This document shows positions 19,017 through 29,469 of a stretch of DNA of 64,000 nucleotides, in pieces. This stretch comes from Akkermansia sp. (GTDB taxonomy: Bacteria > Verrucomicrobiota > Verrucomicrobiia > Verrucomicrobiales > Akkermansiaceae). A model generated the notes under the pieces. It worked only from the letters and a program-made list of their open reading frames with translations. It did no database searches and was not told where the DNA came from. The stretch is taken from NCBI GenBank assembly GCA_030525455.1, contig JAUNER010000007.1, positions 23,110-87,109 of the forward strand, in the 5' to 3' direction. Position numbers and translations under genes: made by a program. Position 1 is the stretch's first letter, and each line of letters begins with the position of its first letter.

Positions 19017-19841
19017 TTACGGGAGGCGTGGGTATTTAGAAAAGTCCGGACTGCGTTTTTCTACAAATGCGTTGCGGCCTTCCTTGGCTTCTTCGCTCAT
19101 GTAATAGAGCAGGGTGGCATTACCTGCTAAATCCAGCAGCCCCATTTGCCCATCACAGTCTGCATTCAAGGATGCCTTTAAGCAACGTAGTGCCAGTGGA
19201 CTGTGACGAAGCATCTGGCGACACCATGAAAGCGTTTCTTCTTCGAGTTTATCCAGCGGCACAACGGTATTCACCAGGCCCATATCGAGAGCTTCTTGGG
19301 CGTTGTACATACGGCATAGGTACCAAATTTCGCGGGCTTTTTTCTGGCCTACGATGCGGGCTAAGTATGATGAGCCTAAGCCACCATCAAATGAGCCGAC
19401 TTTTGGCCCTGTTTGCCCGAATTGTGCATTTTCTGCGGCGATAGTTAGGTCGCAAACGACGTGTAGAACGTGACCGCCCCCCACGGCATAGCCTGCCACC
19501 ATAGCCACCACCGGTTTGGGGAGTGTACGGATGGTGCGCTGTACGTCGAGGATGTTTAAGCGGGGTACACCATCGTCGCCAATGTAACCTGCATTACCAC
19601 GTACTTTTTGGTCACCACCGGAGCAGAAAGCATCCGGTCCTTCTCCGGTGAGAATGATGACGCCTACGCGAGAATCTTCGTGAGCCGCATTAAAGGCATT
19701 GAGTAATTCATGAACCGTTTGCGGACGGAAAGCATTCCGTACATGAGGGCGATTGATGGTGATTTTGGCAATACTACCATTATCTGTGGTTTCGTACTTA
19801 ATGTCAGTATATTCTCGTTCGGTTGTCCAAATAGTACTCAT
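19017..19841 (-). CDS. menB: 1,4-dihydroxy-2-naphthoyl-CoA synthase
   Basis: [47 protein letters not shown]. Confidence 0.97.
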   Translation of the reverse strand: MSTIWTTEREYTDIKYETTDNGSIAKITINRPHVRNAFRPQTVHELLNAFNAAHEDSRVGVIILTGEGPDAFCSGGDQKVRGNAGYIGDDGVPRLNILDVQRTIRTLPKPVVAMVAGYAVGGGHVLHVVCDLTIAAENAQFGQTGPKVGSFDGGLGSSYLARIVGQKKAREIWYLCRMYNAQEALDMGLVNTVVPLDKLEEETLSWCRQMLRHSPLALRCLKASLNADCDGQMGLLDLAGNATLLYYMSEEAKEGRNAFVEKRSPDFSKYPRLP

Positions 19842-19913
19842 AGAGCAAGTTTAATCATTTTCGTTATCGGATGGAAGTATAAAGTATGTTTGTTTCAATA
19901 TATGAGAGTAAAG

Positions 19914-19950
19914 AAAAACCACCTCGGGGGCACTAGTCCGCCGAGGTGGT
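19914..19950 (-). terminator. Intrinsic terminator
   Basis: accacctcgg/ccgaggtggt stem with an A-tract on the + strand. Confidence 0.7.
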
Positions 19951-19972
19951 CGAGGAAGTGGGATGATGATGG

Positions 19973-21196
19973 TTAAATAACTTGAAGAGCCTTAGCTTGT
20001 TCTTCGGTTAATTCTACATACTGCCACGGAAGTCCTCTCTTATTGAGTTCTTCCATAAAGGGATCCGGGTCGTTTTGCTCCATATTAAAGACCCCTGCAC
20101 CGGACCATTTCCCGGTGAGAATCATTTGTGCCCCAATCATGGCAGGTACACCTGTGGTGTAGGAGATTGCTTGGGAGCCTACTTCTGCAAAGCAGTCTTC
20201 ATGGTCGCAAATGTTATAGACGTAAATTGCTTTGAATTTGCCATCTTTCACACCGGTGATGACGTTGCCAATGCACGTTTTGCCCTTTGTTGATTTGCCT
20301 AAATCGCCAGGGTTGGGTAGAACTGCTTTTAGGAATTGAAGCGGAATGATTTCTACACCATTGTAGACAACAGGGTCAATGCGAGTCATGCCGACGTTTT
20401 GTAATACTTCCAGATGTTTGAGATAGTTTGGTGAGAATGACATCCAGAATTGAGCTCGGCGAATGGTAGGGATGTGTTTGACTAAGCTTTCCATTTCTTC
20501 GTGATACATACGATAGATCTCGTATGTGCCAACGCCTTGAGGGCACGTGAAGCTTTGGTGCATGCTCATGGGTGGTGTTTCTTGGAAATCACCATGTTCC
20601 CAGTGGCGACAAGGGGCGGTTACTTCACGGATGTTAATTTCAGGGTTGAAGTTGGTGGCAAATGCTTTCCCGTGATTGCCACCATTGACGTCGATGATAT
20701 CTAAGGTGTGGATTTCATCGAAGTGGTGCTTTAATGCCCATGCAGTGTAGACATTGGTTACGCCCGGGTCAAAGCCGGAGCCTAACAGGGCATAAAGCCC
20801 GGCGTTACGGAATTTTTCTTGGTATGCCCATTGCCATGAATATTCAAACTTTGCAACGTCGCGTGGCTCGTAGTTCGCGGTATCCATGTAGTTGACCCCT
20901 GCTTCTAAACAGGCATCCATGAGAGGAAGGTCTTGGTAGGGAAGGGCTACGTTGATGAGTAATTGTGGTTTTATTTCGCGGAGTAGGGCTACTGTGGCCG
21001 CTACATCGTCTGCATCTACAGCGTGAGTAGTGATGCTAATACCTGTTCTTTGTTTTACATCTGTAGCGATGGCATCGCATTTACTTTTTGTGCGTGAGGC
21101 TAGATGGATGTTTTGGAAAATATCCGAGAGTTGGGCACATTTGTTTGCCACTACGTGTCCCACTCCGCCTGCTCCAATGATTAAAACCGTGTTCAT
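19973..21196 (-). CDS. Saccharopine dehydrogenase family / carboxyspermidine dehydrogenase
   Basis: IIGAGGVG, YMDTANYE, GSGFDPG, FATNFNPEINIRE, SYTTGVPA. Confidence 0.9.
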   Translation of the reverse strand: MNTVLIIGAGGVGHVVANKCAQLSDIFQNIHLASRTKSKCDAIATDVKQRTGISITTHAVDADDVAATVALLREIKPQLLINVALPYQDLPLMDACLEAGVNYMDTANYEPRDVAKFEYSWQWAYQEKFRNAGLYALLGSGFDPGVTNVYTAWALKHHFDEIHTLDIIDVNGGNHGKAFATNFNPEINIREVTAPCRHWEHGDFQETPPMSMHQSFTCPQGVGTYEIYRMYHEEMESLVKHIPTIRRAQFWMSFSPNYLKHLEVLQNVGMTRIDPVVYNGVEIIPLQFLKAVLPNPGDLGKSTKGKTCIGNVITGVKDGKFKAIYVYNICDHEDCFAEVGSQAISYTTGVPAMIGAQMILTGKWSGAGVFNMEQNDPDPFMEELNKRGLPWQYVELTEEQAKALQVI

Positions 21197-21373
21197 GTAC
21201 TCTCCATATAATGGAATCGCTCACTAAAATCAATCCTTGAATTTGCCCTATCTATTTACTAGGGATTTGTGAGGTGATAAAGGGGATAACTTTTTGAAAG
21301 AATGAAGAAAGTTTTATGAATAATTGAACGTATTATTGACGACATAGGTCAAAAGATATAGATTTCAAACATC

Positions 21374-22342
21374 ATGATTAAGCAATTAGTGACATTAGCA
21401 GTGGCCGCATACGTAGCTCCGTGTTTTGCGGCCGAGGGGTGGATTGTTGATGATTTAGAGGCTGCTAAAAAGCAGGCTCTGGAACAAAACAAGGACTTGA
21501 TTATTGAATTTACAGGGTCAGACTGGTGTCCTCCCTGTAAGCATTTGCGTGCTACAATTCTTACTACTCCGGAATTTATTGAGGCCGCTAGTAAGAATTT
21601 CGTGCTTGCGGAATTGGATTATCCGCAGAAAAAACAACAAAGCCCGGAAGTGAAAGCAGCCAACGATTTATTGGCTCAGAAGTATAATGTCTCCGGGTTC
21701 CCAACCGTAGTGTTTGCGGATGCCAATGGGAAGCCTTTTGAAGCTTTTGTCGGTGCTCCAAGTAAGGCAGAGGTAATGGCCGCTCTTACAAATTCTTTAA
21801 AGAAAAAGCAAGAGTTAAAGGACCTTCAAGCAAAGGTCGAAAGTGCGAAAGATAAGGATGCTAAGATGGAAGCCTTGTATGCCATTATTAAGGCTGCTCC
21901 CAAACCTTTTGTTAATAGTTTCTATGGTAACGTCAAAAATGAATTGATGGCATTAGATAGAGACGATAAGTATGGGTTTAGAGCCGCTGAGGAAAAGGCT
22001 GAGAGGTTGAAGAAGGATGAGGCTGCGCTTAAGTCTTACATGCGTCAAAACATGAAGCAAAATATGTCTCCTTCAGAAGCTGTAGAAATCTTAAAAAAAT
22101 TCCCGAATCGTGAACAGTTATTGCCGGAAAGCCAGCAAAGATTGTTGATGATGGAATTTGGTGCTACAATGAATGCCATGGGTGATGTGGATGCCGGTGT
22201 GGCTATTTTGGATAAGCTCATTAGCATTGACCCGAATAGCAAAATTTCTAAGCAGGCTGAATATACCAAGAAAAACATCATCCTGAATCGTGATAAGATT
22301 AAGCAACAGCATGAGCAACGTCTCAAGGCTCAAAGTCTTTAA
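21374..22342 (+). CDS. Secreted thioredoxin-family protein
   Basis: FTGSDWCPPC (CxxC), YNVSGFPT, signal peptide. Confidence 0.9.
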   Translation: MIKQLVTLAVAAYVAPCFAAEGWIVDDLEAAKKQALEQNKDLIIEFTGSDWCPPCKHLRATILTTPEFIEAASKNFVLAELDYPQKKQQSPEVKAANDLLAQKYNVSGFPTVVFADANGKPFEAFVGAPSKAEVMAALTNSLKKKQELKDLQAKVESAKDKDAKMEALYAIIKAAPKPFVNSFYGNVKNELMALDRDDKYGFRAAEEKAERLKKDEAALKSYMRQNMKQNMSPSEAVEILKKFPNREQLLPESQQRLLMMEFGATMNAMGDVDAGVAILDKLISIDPNSKISKQAEYTKKNIILNRDKIKQQHEQRLKAQSL

Positions 22343-22367
22343 TCTGTTGTAAAATTGCTTTTATTTC

Positions 22368-22414
22368 AAAGCCACAGTTTAGAGTTGTTTAGGCTCTATA
22401 CTGTGGCTTTTTTT
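22368..22414. terminator. Bidirectional terminator
   Basis: aaagccacag / ctgtggcttt followed by a T-tract. Confidence 0.75.
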
Positions 22415-22416
22415 CT

Positions 22417-22896
22417 TTAGAGTTTTAGGAGAGAATTTGCCCCATGGGCAAAGCCGGAGAGCAGTGAGCCATAGGCTCCTGTTTTTTGGGCTCGGGCTTG
22501 TGAATGTCCTATGTACTCTTCCGTTTGAGCTTGAGAATATAGAGAATGAGTTTTTCTCAATGCTTCTGCGGTTTCATCTTGTATTTCTGTTTGCAAACGA
22601 GTAGCGAGTGCTTGTTCCATGATGGGAACACTCCCTTCTCGGAGGAGCGAGGCTGTGGCTGTGTGTAAGCGAGCCGCACCTATTTTTCTCGTGGCATCCT
22701 GTTGCAGTCGGCGTGCATTTTCTAATCCTGCTTTGTATTGCAGGTTGGCTTCTGCTCGTAGATTATCTGCATTGATTTTGGCCGCATTTTCGGTAGCTTT
22801 GGCAGATTGTCGTTGAGCAGATGCAGATGCCGCACCGCTGGCAACAGTTGTTGCCGCCATGGCAAGTGTGCCTAATGTAATTGGATCAAATCCCAT
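22417..22896 (-). CDS. Hypothetical protein resembling phage internal-virion/ejection proteins (T7 gp14-like pattern)
   Basis: MGFDPITLG.. Ala/Ser-rich N-terminus, Q/A-rich coiled region, A.A.L..EGS motif and Gly-rich C-terminus. Pattern recognition only. Confidence 0.45.
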   Translation of the reverse strand: MGFDPITLGTLAMAATTVASGAASASAQRQSAKATENAAKINADNLRAEANLQYKAGLENARRLQQDATRKIGAARLHTATASLLREGSVPIMEQALATRLQTEIQDETAEALRKTHSLYSQAQTEEYIGHSQARAQKTGAYGSLLSGFAHGANSLLKL

Positions 22897-22984
22897 ACCC
22901 CCTGATGGTGTCGGCTCTCTGCGGAAAAATCAACTCGCCTAAAATGAGATACTTTTTTTGCGGTGAGTTGAAGTGTTCGGACAA

Positions 22985-23899
22985 TTAGGAAAATAAGCCA
23001 CAGAGGAAAAAGAAAAAGTCTTTGACCAGGAACCACAACGTCCGTGTGTTTGTTACACAATCGCTGAAAAATTGTGGGATGTCGATGACCTTAAATATCC
23101 CCATAAAAATGAGGAAGAGTAGCTGGTTGATGAGGTAAATTAGAAGTAATGAGAAAAAGACTCCGTTTTCGGATAGGTCGCTCTGGTCTTTGGGTATCAT
23201 CCATGCCGTCCAGAATAAATGAAAAGCCCACCAAAATCCTAGCCCTGCATAGAGAAGGGCTTCGCAGGTATAGCTCGGGTAAAAATAATAGACTATGCCT
23301 GCTAGTATGGCCCAAATAACTCCGTAAATAGGTATAAAATAGGGTGAGAGGGCTATGAATAAATTATTCTTGTTTGTCTGGATGTAGCCACCATCTAGCG
23401 ATGTGTTAAAATCACTTACCCTCCCACGACTGCAATAAACAGCGATGGCGTGGGTAAGCTCGTGCCCAAAGATGTAGGTGTAGAGTAGTGAGGTCGAAAC
23501 CAGCTTGCTAGACCCTAGAATTATCCAAACAATGGCTCCCAGTAATGTGTACCAAACAGGAATAGAAAATAATATCCCCATAGGGTCTGTGGCTTTGGTG
23601 AGCTGCTCACAGAGAGATAGAGAAATAATGAGGGTTAGTGGTAATAGGATGAAAAGGGCAATCCCATGGCGAAGTAATCGAGTCCATAGGGGTAATTCCA
23701 TGTATGGATCCGGCAGAGCGTATTCTTCATCCCAGTATTCAGCAGTGGCCTGTACTCGGTAGGTCTTTGTCCATGCATTTTGGTTGCATCGTTTGACAAC
23801 AGACCTGAAATTGCTATGTTTTCGGGTACAAGAATTCTCCTTTTTTGTCGGTTCCGGCCATGGTGGCATTTTACCGGGCTGTTTAGGAGATGGTGCCAT
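22985..23899 (-). CDS. M50-like membrane metallopeptidase
   Basis: Multiple TM segments with HELTH (HExxH) and NLFIALSPYF. Confidence 0.7.
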   Translation of the reverse strand: MAPSPKQPGKMPPWPEPTKKENSCTRKHSNFRSVVKRCNQNAWTKTYRVQATAEYWDEEYALPDPYMELPLWTRLLRHGIALFILLPLTLIISLSLCEQLTKATDPMGILFSIPVWYTLLGAIVWIILGSSKLVSTSLLYTYIFGHELTHAIAVYCSRGRVSDFNTSLDGGYIQTNKNNLFIALSPYFIPIYGVIWAILAGIVYYFYPSYTCEALLYAGLGFWWAFHLFWTAWMIPKDQSDLSENGVFFSLLLIYLINQLLFLIFMGIFKVIDIPQFFSDCVTNTRTLWFLVKDFFFFLCGLFS

Positions 23900-23951
23900 A
23901 GTTGATTTCGTTTGGGAGGGTATTGTAATGATTTCTCAACAAAAAGCGAAC

Positions 23952-25628
23952 CTAATTTTTTCTTTGGAATAGCTCTGATTTGATAAATCTTACACCATCA
24001 ATTTGCGTGGGGTCGTATGGCTTTAATTGTATGGCTTCTGCTAAACTTCGTTCTTTACCTATATCAATACCATGCTTGCCTGATTTTGACATAATAAGCT
24101 CAATGTTTTCCTTATACAAAAAGTTGCAAGCATAGTCACTTTCGAGAACTTGATGGCAGGCGTTAATGGCTTGACAGGATAAATGTGCCATTGCCAGAGT
24201 AAATGCAGTCATGTTTTTATGAATATCATCTAGGCAAACATCATGCTCTTTTGCAAGGAAATCTATATCTTTTATCATTTCTATAAAGCTTGGCCCTATA
24301 TTCCCTAGTTGTGAAGAGCGTGCATTTAACATTGTGATTCCGGCATCGCCGGCGTCAGGGCTGGTGACTGTAATGGTGCCGTTAGCCGGCAATGTGACCC
24401 TTGTATCAGTTGCTCCGTGACATAATGAATTTAATAGCGTACATTGACGATTGGCGAATACCTTGTCAAGGTTGTAAACAGGTCTGCCAATTACCGTACC
24501 TATTTTCATTTTGTTTTCATAAATTTCATCAATACGTGCTAAATCATGACGAATTTGTTCTACTAATGTTTTATGATTAGCAGGCACTAGGGATATGATT
24601 TTTTCTAATGTCCTAGGTGTTGTTTGTATGTATCGAGAGTATAAATCATATTTGAAGCGGGATTGTTGAATAATTGGCAATAAATTGGCTAAAAGTGATT
24701 TTCTTTGTTTTGTGTCCAAGTCTTCTCTTTTTAATGCTTTGATGAGCAATGTGACTTGTTTGGAATGTTTTTTCATTCCGGGTTCAGTTAATAACCGCTC
24801 TGTATCATTTAATAGATTTATCCGTTCATGGTTATCATTTGGTAAATCTATGAGTGATTTTAGAATATTTGCTTGTTCTTTTTGTGGTAAAGTATTAATT
24901 AATTTTAAATATAAAAAATTAGTTTCCTGTTTGATTGAAGGAATGAATAATTCTTGTTCTGCTCTAAGAAAGAATTTGCGTGGGAAATATCGCCCCATTA
25001 AGTTTCTTTTGTTGACTTCTTTTATTACATCATGGAACCAGAAAAAGCGTTCACCATAGAAAAAATGGAAGTTTTCATTTAATACAGAAGCATAGTCTGT
25101 TAACCAATCACGTTGTTCTGTGGTTAGTTTATTATTGGTTTGTTTTTCTAGTGTTCGTAAAAATTGAGGTGTTAGTTCGAAATAAGGGCGATTCGTTTTT
25201 TTGTTTATTGCTGCAGTTCTTTGAAGCTCAAATGCCATGTCTTCCGGTCGATTGAGCATAGTTCTTTGAAAGTGAATAGTTGAGCGTTCAAGTCCGGCAG
25301 CTAAGATGTGTATCCCGTTTTCTTTGTCCCAATATAAACTATAAATTTCAAAATCTACTTGGGCAAAATTCTTTTTGTTTTTTAATACTTTAGAGCGTAA
25401 TTCTTTATCTAATTTTTCCCAATCACGAGAATTTTTTATTACTTTGTAAATATGGGTTGGTGATGCTGCTTCAAATTTTTGCTGAGTTTTTTTTGAAAGA
25501 GTCAAATAAAAAGGAAGTTTCTCAGAAGTTGGATTAAAAGGGTAATCAACGGGGTATACCACGTCCGCCATTGATGGCTGAGTTATTAAGAAAGTCGTTG
25601 TTAAAACTTTAGCCAATTTATTGAACAT
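23952..25628 (-). CDS. AT-rich secreted hypothetical protein
   Basis: 558-aa ORF with a signal-peptide-like start and no recognised motif. Confidence 0.65.
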   Translation of the reverse strand: MFNKLAKVLTTTFLITQPSMADVVYPVDYPFNPTSEKLPFYLTLSKKTQQKFEAASPTHIYKVIKNSRDWEKLDKELRSKVLKNKKNFAQVDFEIYSLYWDKENGIHILAAGLERSTIHFQRTMLNRPEDMAFELQRTAAINKKTNRPYFELTPQFLRTLEKQTNNKLTTEQRDWLTDYASVLNENFHFFYGERFFWFHDVIKEVNKRNLMGRYFPRKFFLRAEQELFIPSIKQETNFLYLKLINTLPQKEQANILKSLIDLPNDNHERINLLNDTERLLTEPGMKKHSKQVTLLIKALKREDLDTKQRKSLLANLLPIIQQSRFKYDLYSRYIQTTPRTLEKIISLVPANHKTLVEQIRHDLARIDEIYENKMKIGTVIGRPVYNLDKVFANRQCTLLNSLCHGATDTRVTLPANGTITVTSPDAGDAGITMLNARSSQLGNIGPSFIEMIKDIDFLAKEHDVCLDDIHKNMTAFTLAMAHLSCQAINACHQVLESDYACNFLYKENIELIMSKSGKHGIDIGKERSLAEAIQLKPYDPTQIDGVRFIKSELFQRKN

Positions 25629-25812
25629 AGAATGAGTTTAGTAAATGGAGTTTTGATATGTCAAGTTTATTATGTATGGGATAATGTACTTAGGTGTATA
25701 GCCTATAAAGTACAGTATTATCTAATTATTTAGAGTGATGTTGTTTTGGAGAAATGCGTGGACATTATGCAAGAAATAAGGATTCCCCGAACTGGTGAGA
25801 GGTGGTAGACTG

Positions 25813-26487
25813 ATGGGTATGGAGGACGCTCTTTTGGTATTAGAAACATCATGTGTACGATGCTCTGCCGCATTGTGGGTAGGGGGAGAGTTGGTAGAGC
25901 AGGTGATGTGGGAAGCTCAGCGGAATCGTGCCGCCTTGATTTTTGGAGAACTCGAAAAGTTCATGCCAAAGTTAAGAGTGGCAAAATTAACGCATATTAT
26001 CGTTGGTAGTGGGCCGGGAGCATACAGCGGTGTACGACTAGCCCTGGCGGTGGCTGATGGTTTGGCATTGGTACATGATGCCGCCGTGTGTGCCCTAGGG
26101 TCGTGGAATGGTTTAGGTATTACAGAACCGGAGGCATGGGTGATTTCTGATGCACGGCGTGGTGGCTGGGCATGGGGGTGTTTGATAGATGGGGTACTTC
26201 AAGCTGTGCCGGAAGTGCTTAGTCTGGAGGAAAGCGTGGCAAAGGTGACAGCATTGCAACAAAAACAAGTGCCTATTTACAGCACAGAAAGCCCGGAATT
26301 GCTAGAAGCACGAGGGATATTGGGGGTAATGCAATTAGAACCAAGTGCAGAGAATTTAGGAAAGGTGTGGCTAAGTATGACGGCAGAGCAAAGAGCCAAT
26401 CTGATGAGTAAACCGGCAGAGCCTATGTACATAAGAGCCCCACATATCACAAAATCCAAACGCCCGGCCTGGGCTGTGAAGCCGTAA
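25813..26487 (+). CDS. tsaB: tRNA threonylcarbamoyladenosine biosynthesis protein TsaB
   Basis: LVLETS, VGSGPGAYSGVRLALA, DARRG. Start position approximate. Confidence 0.85.
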   Translation: MGMEDALLVLETSCVRCSAALWVGGELVEQVMWEAQRNRAALIFGELEKFMPKLRVAKLTHIIVGSGPGAYSGVRLALAVADGLALVHDAAVCALGSWNGLGITEPEAWVISDARRGGWAWGCLIDGVLQAVPEVLSLEESVAKVTALQQKQVPIYSTESPELLEARGILGVMQLEPSAENLGKVWLSMTAEQRANLMSKPAEPMYIRAPHITKSKRPAWAVKP

Positions 26488-26556
26488 TTTGGGTTTGACT
26501 TTAAAAGAAATTGTACTATCTTAATTCGTCTTTAGTTATAACGAATAAATCCGCTC

Positions 26557-27699
26557 ATGTCTGACGAAACAAATATAAATCAACCAACATACACAAAGGG
26601 CTTGAAGGGCATTGTGGCTAATGAATCCGCACTGAGTGACGTGCGAGGAGAGGAAGGGCGTTTGCTGTATTTGGGGTATGATATTGATGATTTGGTTGAA
26701 TTATGTTGTTATGAGGAAGTGGTTTACCTTCTGTTAAATAAGCGTTTGCCTCGACGTGATGAACTGGAAGGGTTTAAGAAACGCTTGCGTTCTGACCGTG
26801 ATTTGCCACAGCCTATTTTAGATTTCTTTAAGACAGCTACAAAGACGGCACGCCCTATGTCGGCTTTGCGTACGGCTGTATCGATGTTGGGGATGTATGA
26901 TGACCGAACCAAAGACTCTTCTCAACTCAAAGAAATCGGTCTAAGTCTCATTGCCAAAATGCCGGTGATGGTTGCTTATTATTACCGACTTTGCATGGGC
27001 TTGGATTTGCCACCTGTGCGTGAGGATTTAAGTGAAGCTGAGCATTTCTTGTATTTGCTAAAAGGGACTGTCCCTTCCCCGGAAGAAGCTCGCATTCTTG
27101 ATGTGGCTTATATTCTGCATGCTGACCACGGGATGAACGCCTCGACCTTTGCGGCTCGTGTGTGCATAGCGACCCTATCTGATATGTACTCTGCCATCAC
27201 TGCGGCTATTGGTACTCTGAAAGGTCCATTACATGGTGGTGCTAATGAAGGGGTGATTGAAATGCTTAAGGAAATCGGCGAAGAAGAAAACGTCGAAGCT
27301 TACATTGAGCGGAAGCTAGCCAATAAAGAAAAAATCATGGGCATGGGGCATCGTGTTTATCGTGTACTTGACCCTCGTGCCCCGCACTTACGCCGCATGG
27401 CTATTCGCTTAACTGATAAAATCGGCGAAACAAAATGGCTCCGAATGTCCGAGCGCATTGCTAAGATAGTTCGTGAACGTAAGGGACTGAATGCTAATGT
27501 GGACTTTTACTCTGCTACGGTATATTACAGCATTGGGATTCCGTCTCGGTTGTTTACGGCTATTTTCTCTATTGCTCGTAGTGCCGGGTGGGTAGCTCAA
27601 GTGCTTGAGCAAATGGAAGATAATACCATTTATCGCCCATTGACCCGCTATACTGGTCCCCGCGACCGTATTCCGGTGCCAACGATGGATATGCGATAA
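26557..27699 (+). CDS. gltA: Citrate synthase
   Basis: LHADHGMNASTF, GPLHGGANE, GMGHRVY, NVDFYSA. Confidence 0.95.
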   Translation: MSDETNINQPTYTKGLKGIVANESALSDVRGEEGRLLYLGYDIDDLVELCCYEEVVYLLLNKRLPRRDELEGFKKRLRSDRDLPQPILDFFKTATKTARPMSALRTAVSMLGMYDDRTKDSSQLKEIGLSLIAKMPVMVAYYYRLCMGLDLPPVREDLSEAEHFLYLLKGTVPSPEEARILDVAYILHADHGMNASTFAARVCIATLSDMYSAITAAIGTLKGPLHGGANEGVIEMLKEIGEEENVEAYIERKLANKEKIMGMGHRVYRVLDPRAPHLRRMAIRLTDKIGETKWLRMSERIAKIVRERKGLNANVDFYSATVYYSIGIPSRLFTAIFSIARSAGWVAQVLEQMEDNTIYRPLTRYTGPRDRIPVPTMDMR

Positions 27700-27781
27700 T
27701 GTTGTTTGTTAATTTTTAAGTTTAGTCATCGACAAGACTTTGTGTTTTGGCGATTTTTTTTATGAGGTGCTGAAAGATTAA

Positions 27782-28330
27782 ATGATTGACGAGAAAGGAT
27801 AGGATGCTCAAGGGAATTCCTATCTCTATACACAGTGCTATGACTCATCGGGAAATGTCGTTGCGAAGGTTTCTGATTATGTCTCTACATGGGATAGTTT
27901 GGTCGTGCTTGATGGACAGAACATCGTGACTGTGCAGGATGGCGAAATTAATGCACAATATGGGACTTTGCAAGATTTGCACGCAGCCGGATGGGAATGT
28001 AATGTCGATGACCCTACAAATCCGGAGAATTATACAGGGAATGAGATTCAGTATGACCCTGATAGACGCTTTAGTCTAAATGGTGAGGTAGGGGTTCACA
28101 TTGCTGCCATTCCGCTGGAAGGGGATATGTTAGAACATTTGAGCTATGATGATGGGACGAATGTGCTTGGCCCTGGTGGTACGGAGAATTCTGTTTTTAG
28201 CGAAAACGATTTACGTGCTTTAGAGATGCTAGGCTGGAGTGTGAATCGGGATAGTGTGCCTGAACCAACAAGTGGCGTGCTTATCATGCTAAGCCTTATG
28301 GGGCTTGCATAGCGACGTCGACGAGCTTAG
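27782..28330 (+). pseudogene. Degenerate PEP-CTERM protein gene
   Basis: The frame reads MIDEKG*DAQGNSY...VPEPTSGVLIMLSLMGLA*RRRRA*. In-frame TAGs lie at 27800 and 28310, and there is no signal peptide. Confidence 0.7.
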
Positions 28331-28355
28331 TTTTGAAAAGGAGCTGGGCATGGTT

Positions 28356-28820
28356 CTAGTTACTTGTTTGGCGAAGACCTTCGTAGAGGACGATAGCAAC
28401 AGCTGTGGAAAGATTTAGACTACGAGCCCCTTCACCCGGCATGGGGATGATGATAGCATTATCTTTCTCCTGCATGAGCAAGCTTTCCGGGAGCCCTTTA
28501 GATTCAGGACCAAATACAAGGTAATCACCCTCGCGAAATTCAGCATCCCAGTGGGCTTTTTTTGCCTTGGTGCTTAGGTAAAAGAATCGGGCATTTTCAC
28601 CGGCATGGGTTTTTAACTCGTCTAGAGATTCCCATACGCTGAGGTCTACGTGTTCCCAGTAATCCAGACCGGTTCGACGCACGTGTTTTTCATCCAGGCT
28701 AAAGCCAAGAGGTTTGATGAGGTGGAGTTTTGAGTCTGTGGAAATGGCCAATCTGCCGGCAGCTCCTGTATTATGTGGAATTTCCGGATGAAAGAGAACG
28801 ATGTTGAAGCGTGGCGTCAT
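28356..28820 (-). CDS. trmL: tRNA (cytidine/uridine-34 2'-O)-methyltransferase
   Basis: PEIPHNTG, RRTGLDYW, VFGPESKGLP, RSLNLS. Confidence 0.93.
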   Translation of the reverse strand: MTPRFNIVLFHPEIPHNTGAAGRLAISTDSKLHLIKPLGFSLDEKHVRRTGLDYWEHVDLSVWESLDELKTHAGENARFFYLSTKAKKAHWDAEFREGDYLVFGPESKGLPESLLMQEKDNAIIIPMPGEGARSLNLSTAVAIVLYEGLRQTSN

Positions 28821-28898
28821 GGCTGTATTTGTACACAAAAGTGAGTAGTATTCAAGTGAGACTTGTTCCTGTGGGATAAATAATGTACCTTTTCCGTG

Positions 28899-29462
28899 AT
28901 GAGAGACATTGTGTATTTTGACTTAGAAACACGCCATTCTGCCGCTGAGGTTGGCGGTTGGCATAATACGGCAGATATGCGGCTCTCCGTGGGGGTGACT
29001 TATTCGACTGCCACAGAGCGGTATGAAATATACACAGAAGACACCGTGGATGCTCTCATTGCTCAGTTGCGAAATGCAGACCTAGTAGTGGGCTATAATC
29101 ACGAGCACTTTGATTATGGTGTATTACAACGCTATACGATGTGGAATATGATAGATATCACTCGCAATTTGGACTTGTGTAAAGATATTGAATTGCGTGG
29201 CGGTACTAGAGTGAAGTTAGATTCCGTAGCAGCGGCATCTATCGGATGTACGAAAACGGCGGTAGGAACGCAAGCTCTTAAGTGGTGGGCTGAGTATGTA
29301 AAAACGGGCAATCATGAATTACTTATGGAGATTGCTCGCTATTGTTGTTTTGACGTCAAGGTTACACGTGACGTCCATTGGTTTGGTGTCAAAAATGGCT
29401 TTATCAAATATGATGATAAAAAAGGGGGAACGGTAGAGCTACCTGTGGATTGGTCGCTTTAG
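28899..29462 (+). CDS. RNase H-like / DnaQ-type exonuclease domain protein
   Basis: YFDLET, VVGYN..HFD, YCCFDV (DEDD-type motifs). Confidence 0.8.
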   Translation: MRDIVYFDLETRHSAAEVGGWHNTADMRLSVGVTYSTATERYEIYTEDTVDALIAQLRNADLVVGYNHEHFDYGVLQRYTMWNMIDITRNLDLCKDIELRGGTRVKLDSVAAASIGCTKTAVGTQALKWWAEYVKTGNHELLMEIARYCCFDVKVTRDVHWFGVKNGFIKYDDKKGGTVELPVDWSL

Positions 29463-29469
29463 TGTTCTC

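Noticed and set aside
27782-28330. Genome-wide amber recoding
   Set aside because: TAG terminates intact genes in this window (both ankyrins, the histidine kinase, the sialidase).
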